DNA from: Candidatus Obscuribacteraceae bacterium
GTDB lineage: Bacteria > Cyanobacteriota > Vampirovibrionia > Obscuribacterales > Obscuribacteraceae
DNA length: 64,000 nucleotides
Assembly (NCBI GenBank): GCA_044229845.1
Contig: JBGASG010000006.1
Span: 224,001 to 288,000, forward strand
Direction of reading: 5' to 3'
The first letter of the stretch is position 1. Each line of letters starts with the position of its first letter. Below, one piece after another: positions 58,878 through 64,000 of this stretch. A program made the translations under genes and the position numbers. Below the pieces are notes generated by a model. It was not told where the DNA came from. It saw only the letters and a list, made by a program, of their open reading frames with translations, and did not search any database.

Positions 58878-58941
58878 AAGCGATATCGCTTTAACTCCGC
58901 GGAGCCTCATCCAAGCTCAAGCGATATCGCTTGAGCTTGGA
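58878..58941. repeat. Two AAGCGATATCGCTT palindromes, the second extended to a perfect 32-bp palindrome
   Basis: 58878-58891; TCCAAGCTCAAGCGATATCGCTTGAGCTTGGA at 58910-58941. Confidence 0.93.
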
Positions 58942-59082
58942 CACCCTGACATGGAGGCTAATCTAATCGGTGCACCAGTCGGGCGTTTTGGTCGTTTCTT
59001 AGTGAATTTCCCATGGACATGGCTTGTCAGAGGGTTTATTCTTTCCACACTTGATTTCTGCCTCTAACTCCCAGGGAGAGCA

Positions 59083-59349
59083 ATGTTCGAGACATTAGCC
59101 ACGATTATCGCCACCGTTGTTGCGGTTTATCTGCTGCTGACAGCCGCGTTCCCCGACCGTTTCGTGCCCAAGCGCAAGAACAAAGATGAGTTCTACGGAG
59201 CTAACGAATGGGGCGTCTACGAGGGTGCCTCCACCGACGTGCCGAAGGCGCATAAGACGATCAAGAAACCAAAGCCAAACGGCAAAGAACGCGTCATCGC
59301 CGGCAGCGGCATGTACGCCATGGGCAAGGGCATCAGCTTCCGCAGATAA
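59083..59349 (+). CDS. Small N-terminally anchored protein
   Basis: TM helix then basic tail; GGGAG RBS. Confidence 0.7.
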   Translation: MFETLATIIATVVAVYLLLTAAFPDRFVPKRKNKDEFYGANEWGVYEGASTDVPKAHKTIKKPKPNGKERVIAGSGMYAMGKGISFRR

Positions 59350-59392
59350 GTGGCGGGCACTGCATGTGGTGCTAGTTCTCTGACGCGATCGA

Positions 59393-59980
59393 TTACTTGA
59401 CGAGGCGCTGCACAGCCTTGAATTGCTCCGTGCCGGCTTCGCGCAGCATCTCGAACAGCGCGATTTCCACGCAAGATGGAATCGCTCCGGAAGACATCAT
59501 TTTTTCCCAGCCGATGTCACGATTGCGCTGCGACCGGCTGGCGATGGCGTCCGACACGACATGCACGACATACCCGTGCTCCATGAGTTCGTGCACCGTC
59601 AGCGACACGCAAACGTGAGCCTCGATGCCGCAAACAATGATCTGTGATCGTCCCAGGTTCTCGACGGTGTCAAGAAACCCGGTCGCCTGACAGCAGGAGA
59701 AGGCGTTCTTTTCGAAATACTTGTGTTCGCCCAGGCAAGCTCCGATTTCGGAAATCGTCTTGCCCAGCCCCTGCGGATACTGTTCGGTGAGGATGACGGG
59801 AATCTTGAGAATCTTCGCCGCTTCCGCGAGGATGGTAATGTTGCGCGTCAGGATGTCGAGGTCGCGCAGCTGCTTTCTGAAACCCTCTTGCACATCAACG
59901 ATGAGCAATGCTGCCTCTTTGGCGTCAAGAATGCGCGACGTTGCCGGTGCAACCTCCGACTTGTTTTTGGTCTTTTGCAA
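59393..59980 (-). CDS. Isochorismatase-family hydrolase (YcaC/ISOC-like)
   Basis: IVDVQE, TEQYPQGLGKT, K..FS, GIEAHVCV. Confidence 0.9.
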   Translation of the reverse strand: MQKTKNKSEVAPATSRILDAKEAALLIVDVQEGFRKQLRDLDILTRNITILAEAAKILKIPVILTEQYPQGLGKTISEIGACLGEHKYFEKNAFSCCQATGFLDTVENLGRSQIIVCGIEAHVCVSLTVHELMEHGYVVHVVSDAIASRSQRNRDIGWEKMMSSGAIPSCVEIALFEMLREAGTEQFKAVQRLVK

Positions 59981-60109
59981 TTCGCTAGTCCTAATATCGA
60001 TGAACAACAAGTTTATTCCCTATCGAGAAGGCGGGCAACGATCCTTTAATTGGCATTAACAGGCCGGGCGCTAAGCGCCTGGCGAGTATGGTATAAACAC
60101 AGGAGATAT

Positions 60110-60182
60110 GGGGCGTTAGCGCAGTTGGTAGCGCGCTTCAATGGCATTGAAGAGGTCACCGGTTCGACCCCGGTACGCTCCA
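60110..60182 (+). tRNA. tRNA-Ala (GGC)
   Basis: GGGGCGT/ACGCTCC acceptor with G3-U70, anticodon loop ATGGCAT, GGTTCGACCCC T-arm; upstream TGGTATAAA -10. Confidence 0.96.
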
Positions 60183-60190
60183 AGTCTTTC

Positions 60191-60223
60191 AAGAGCTGGT
60201 CTTTGCGGCCAGCTCTTATTTTT
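60191..60223 (+). terminator. Terminator after tRNA-Ala
   Basis: AAGAGCTGG...CCAGCTCTT followed by a T-run. Confidence 0.75.
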
Positions 60224-60273
60224 CGTCCACACACCTTAACAGCAGGAAGTCAGGACGAGCCCTAGCTGCGGGT

Positions 60274-61089
60274 TCAGTAGCCTTCGGACTGGTAATCGAG
60301 TCCAGCCGCCAGTTCTTTGACGCGTTCGACGGAAGACTGCACCGTGCCGTCATTGCGCAACTCCAGCCAACGGTAGCCAGGAGCGGCGCGATCCAGCGAA
60401 AAGTCCTCGGTGCGCGGCTCGAATTGCACGCAGGTTGAAGGCGAAGCCATGAGTTTCACCTGGTTTCTCATGCCGTCGAACTGTTGATGAATGTGCCCCC
60501 ACAAGACCGCTCGCACATTCTCGTGACGATCGGCGACTCTCCAGAAGTCTTCGGAGTTTTCGACGCAAATGCCGTCCAACCAGGCGGCTCCCACGGGCAC
60601 CGGATGGTGGTGCATGCAGACCAATGCATGTTTGTCCGGATTTGCCTGCAGCGCCTCGTCCAACAAATCCAGCTGGTCCTGCTCCAGGCGCCCACCCACT
60701 TCGTTTTCAACCAGCGTGTCGAGCATGACGATCAGCCAGTCACCCGAGACGATCACCTTATCCGGGCGAATATCAGCCGGGCTCTGCTCGAACGCATCGT
60801 GCATGACGCCGCGCTTGTCATGGTTTCCCGGCAGGAAATAGGCCGGTGCTTCCAGCACCGTGAGCGCCCGCGCCAGGCGACGATAAGACTCACCGGTCTC
60901 ATCCTGTGAGAGATCACCGGTTAGCAAGTAGAGGTCGGGGGTGCCCCGCTGTTCCAGTGAAAGGTGCAGAACCTGGCGAAACGTGTCCGAAGTGTCAACG
61001 CCCATGAGGCGTCCTTCGGACGCTCCGAAGAAGTGCGTGTCCGTGAATTGCACTATGCGCAATGGCTGTCCACTGCCGTTGTTCTGCAT
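60274..61089 (-). CDS. cpdA: 3',5'-cyclic AMP phosphodiesterase
   Basis: TDTH, TGDLSQD, PGNHD, HHHP, WGHIHQ, SPSTCVQF. Confidence 0.92.
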   Translation of the reverse strand: MQNNGSGQPLRIVQFTDTHFFGASEGRLMGVDTSDTFRQVLHLSLEQRGTPDLYLLTGDLSQDETGESYRRLARALTVLEAPAYFLPGNHDKRGVMHDAFEQSPADIRPDKVIVSGDWLIVMLDTLVENEVGGRLEQDQLDLLDEALQANPDKHALVCMHHHPVPVGAAWLDGICVENSEDFWRVADRHENVRAVLWGHIHQQFDGMRNQVKLMASPSTCVQFEPRTEDFSLDRAAPGYRWLELRNDGTVQSSVERVKELAAGLDYQSEGY

Positions 61090-61205
61090 GAGGGCACTCT
61101 TTCAAACTCATACAAGCTTACCTCAGTGACCCCATTTCTTGTAGTGGAGGGTTGGGGAACGGCGAGCGGGGCGATTGAAGCGTCAAACCGCTAAAATTGC
61201 TAGTT

Positions 61206-62072
61206 ATGCGAAAGAGTCTGGTTGCCTTAGTTTTACTCGCAGTTGGGCTGCTGTTAATTTTGCTGCAACTGGTAGGCAGCGTGCCGGATTTACTGAAAAC
61301 CGTCGGACTCCACGTGCAAACCCCAGCCAGCTATGCCTTCCCTGAATACGACCGGGCTTTGAAATCCTGCGTCAAGGGGAACCTGGTCGACTACAAAAGC
61401 TTGCAACAATCCGGCGATCTGGGCGCCGCGGTAAAGGCTTTGGAGACCATCAGTCCGGACAAATTGAGCAACGACGAAGATAAGCTGCCCTTCTGGATCA
61501 ATGCTCATAACCTGTTGGTCCTGAAAAATATCTCGGACCATTACCCGATTGTAGACACCCGCCAACTGGGACAAAGCACCAGCATGCGGCGCTTCATCGT
61601 GGGCGGCAAGCTTTATACAATTCAGGATATCGAGATTGACAAGCTTTATCCGCTTGCCACCAAATATGATGCGCTGTCAGTGTTTCTGATCAGCAACGGC
61701 GCCCGGGGCGGGCCGCCTTTGCTCGACCACGCCATTCAGCCCTCGGCAGGCAAGACCGAAGCAGAGCGAGCCGCTCGCGCCTTCGCCACCGACCCGCATA
61801 ACGCCTCACTGGATGAGACCAAAACTTCCTTCTATATTTCGCGCTACTACAAAATGGTCGACCGAACTTTGAAACGTGACTATCCAAATGCATTCGCTCT
61901 AGTGGGTTCATTCTTGCCTGAAGACATGCGCATGATCATCGGGCTTCCCGGTGAAAAGCTGCGTTATTTCAGCGAATTCGACACCCGGTTGAACGATTGC
62001 TCGCAGCCGATTCCTCAGCCCAGTGCACAGCCCCCCGCAGATACGAAAGAAGTACAGCATGCCGCGCCATAA
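61206..62072 (+). CDS. DUF547 domain protein
   Basis: VDY..L, FWINAHN, PPL, IS.YY. Confidence 0.8.
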   Translation: MRKSLVALVLLAVGLLLILLQLVGSVPDLLKTVGLHVQTPASYAFPEYDRALKSCVKGNLVDYKSLQQSGDLGAAVKALETISPDKLSNDEDKLPFWINAHNLLVLKNISDHYPIVDTRQLGQSTSMRRFIVGGKLYTIQDIEIDKLYPLATKYDALSVFLISNGARGGPPLLDHAIQPSAGKTEAERAARAFATDPHNASLDETKTSFYISRYYKMVDRTLKRDYPNAFALVGSFLPEDMRMIIGLPGEKLRYFSEFDTRLNDCSQPIPQPSAQPPADTKEVQHAAP

Positions 62073-64000
62073 GAGCAACCTATCGATAGTGGCTGCAGCC
62101 GGACTGATGGTGGCTTGCTGCACCTTCGCCTGCGCCAGCCGCGCGCCCGGGCCCGATACCATATCCGGTGTGGCGGGCGGCAACTCATCGCCATCGCCCC
62201 TGTCCATCGCCCAGGCACCGCCCTCGGTATCTCTGGAACCGTTGCCCAACAAAGAGTTTCTTCAGAAAAACTCCATGCTGCTCATTTATCCCAGAGCCGA
62301 CGCAGAGATCAACGCGCCATCCACTTTCTTTGTCGGCGCCACAGCTCCCGGCAGCACGCTCACCTTGAACGGCGCACCCGTGCGCACCAACGCGCAGGGA
62401 TTTTTCGCTCACGTCGCACCACTGAAGCGCGGGCAAAACCAGTTCTCGCTTGTGCGCAGCGGACAGACAGCAGATGCCATCACTCTGAAAGTGAAGCGAC
62501 CGGCGGCTCCCTCGGCCATGTCCGGTCCCCTCAAGATCGATAGTGCCTCAGCTCATCCAGCGGAAGATATCGGCGTCACGTCCGGCGATATCGTGCCGTT
62601 TTCCGTACGCGCCCACGCCGGCTCCGCCGTGGCAGTCTTCGTCGGTACCAAGAAAATCCCACTTACCAGCGCTGCTGCCGGCAAAGTGAATGTCGGGCTC
62701 AACACTACATTTGGTGTCACTTATCAGGCTGGTGTCTCCCGTGATCCCAATCTCTACGTGGGCTTCTACAAGGTGCAGCCAGGGGACGCTTTCGACCACG
62801 CGGCACCTAAATTTGTCGCCAGCAAAGGCGGGCAAAGTACACAGTTCGTCTCCAAGAAAACCATAACGGTGTTTGCGCAACCGAAGATTTTGCAAACCGC
62901 CCATCCTGAAACGATCGTCCGCCTCGGTCCCGGCGCCGCGCGCACGACGCCTGCGCCTGAGGGGGTGCGGCTGCTGGTGGACGGCTATTACGGCACCCAG
63001 ACCCGGTGCGAACTGGCACCCGGCAAGCATGTCTGGATCGACCGCGAAGACCTGAAAGAAGATGCAGAACCGGGACGTCCGCCGCTGGCTACTGTGCGCA
63101 CGATGAACCTGGAATCGGATCCGCTCAGCGCCCGCATTGTCATCCCACTGGACCAGCGGCTGCCCTTCCAGATCGACCAAACTCTCAACCCTAATCGCCT
63201 GACCCTGAAACTTTATGGTGCCACGGCCGATACCGATTGGATCGGACCCGCCCCGCCCACCGGCGCGCCCGGCGCCGCGGGACAGAGTGGCGCGCCCGGT
63301 GCCGGCGCCGAAAAGCCGGAGGGCAACCTGATACCGGGCAGTCGCCAGGAAGAATCAGCTCTGATCAAAAACGTTGTCTGGAGACAGACGTCCGACCGGG
63401 TCTATCAGGTGGTCGTCGATCTCAAGCTCAAGCAGCAATGGGGCTTCTGGGGAGACTACGAAGGGACCAATCTGGTTTTGCATGTGCGCAGGCCACCAAA
63501 TGTGGTGCCGGGTTCCGGCAGTTTGAAGAATTTGATCGTTTGTGTCGACCCCGGGCATGGCGGCAAAGAAACCGGAGCCTTCGGACTTACCGGCGTGCGT
63601 GAGTCTCAAATCAACCTGGCTATCGGACTGAAGCTCAAAGAACTGCTCGAGCGAGCCGGCGCTACCGTGATCATGACGCGCACCAGCGACGATATCACCG
63701 TTTCGCTGCCGGATCGGACAAACACGGCAGCTGCCGCCAACGCCAATCTATTGATATCCGTGCACAACAACTCCTTGCCGGACGGGCGTGATCCGTGGAA
63801 AGAACGCGGAACCTCCACCTATTATTATCAGCCGCAATCACTGGCGCTGGCGCGCACTCTCAAGGACAACGTCGTCGGTTCCACAGGATTTCCCGATTTC
63901 GGTACCCGCTACCAGAACCTGGCCCTGTGCCGCCCCAGCAAGATGCTCGCCAGCCTCGTTGAAGTAGGCTTCATGATTCACCCGGACGAATATGCTCAAC
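62059..64000 (+). CDS. N-acetylmuramoyl-L-alanine amidase (Amidase_3), truncated by window end
   Basis: Same reading frame from ATG 62059 through VDPGHGG, E..INL, MTR, ISVHNN, LVEVGF. Confidence 0.9.
   Translation, partial: MPRHKSNLSIVAAAGLMVACCTFACASRAPGPDTISGVAGGNSSPSPLSIAQAPPSVSLEPLPNKEFLQKNSMLLIYPRADAEINAPSTFFVGATAPGSTLTLNGAPVRTNAQGFFAHVAPLKRGQNQFSLVRSGQTADAITLKVKRPAAPSAMSGPLKIDSASAHPAEDIGVTSGDIVPFSVRAHAGSAVAVFVGTKKIPLTSAAAGKVNVGLNTTFGVTYQAGVSRDPNLYVGFYKVQPGDAFDHAAPKFVASKGGQSTQFVSKKTITVFAQPKILQTAHPETIVRLGPGAARTTPAPEGVRLLVDGYYGTQTRCELAPGKHVWIDREDLKEDAEPGRPPLATVRTMNLESDPLSARIVIPLDQRLPFQIDQTLNPNRLTLKLYGATADTDWIGPAPPTGAPGAAGQSGAPGAGAEKPEGNLIPGSRQEESALIKNVVWRQTSDRVYQVVVDLKLKQQWGFWGDYEGTNLVLHVRRPPNVVPGSGSLKNLIVCVDPGHGGKETGAFGLTGVRESQINLAIGLKLKELLERAGATVIMTRTSDDITVSLPDRTNTAAAANANLLISVHNNSLPDGRDPWKERGTSTYYYQPQSLALARTLKDNVVGSTGFPDFGTRYQNLALCRPSKMLASLVEVGFMIHPDEYAQ

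Noticed and set aside
11874..60182. tRNA-anchored genomic island or prophage
   Set aside because: No integrase, phage genes or duplicated tRNA 3' ends were seen.
1..64000. HIP1 (GCGATCGC) over-representation
   Set aside because: Only scattered copies were noticed by eye, not the density typical of HIP1-rich cyanobacteria (not formally counted).

Overview
This 64 kb window is a gene-dense bacterial chromosomal segment. Several proteins look cyanobacterial (peptide-ABC binding proteins with an FNMN...VDPIK..WF insert, DUF4127, a DICT/GAF-GGDEF-HD-GYP protein, an AmiC-type amidase), but no photosynthesis genes are present. This suggests a non-photosynthetic Cyanobacteriota relative such as Melainabacteria/Obscuribacterales (inference only). 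Housekeeping content includes proA-proC, polyamine catabolism and transport genes (PuuB-like, patA, PucR-potA), glpK, nrdAB (class Ia), cobB, birA, apt-recJ, a peptide ABC operon, cpdA, tRNA-Leu(CAA) and tRNA-Ala(GGC). No integrase, transposase or CRISPR array was seen. Five observations stand out. (1) An accessory locus at 34.4-37.8 kb has a JAB/MPN-type toxin-like gene followed by two gene cassettes. The cassettes are delimited by a copy of the gene's own last ~13 codons (mostly synonymous changes) and a 10-bp core found three times. (2) A dispersed palindromic repeat family (core AAGCGATATCGCTT, about 15 copies) forms four intergenic arrays. (3) A sensor-less, internally duplicated histidine kinase, an orphan MglA GTPase and a NarL regulator form one cluster. 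(4) NrdR-box-like sites lie upstream of nrdA, recJ-apt and an uncharacterised ferritin-like di-metal protein. (5) A 54-aa ORF is missing from the ORF track. All family calls come from motif recognition by eye; no database searches were run.
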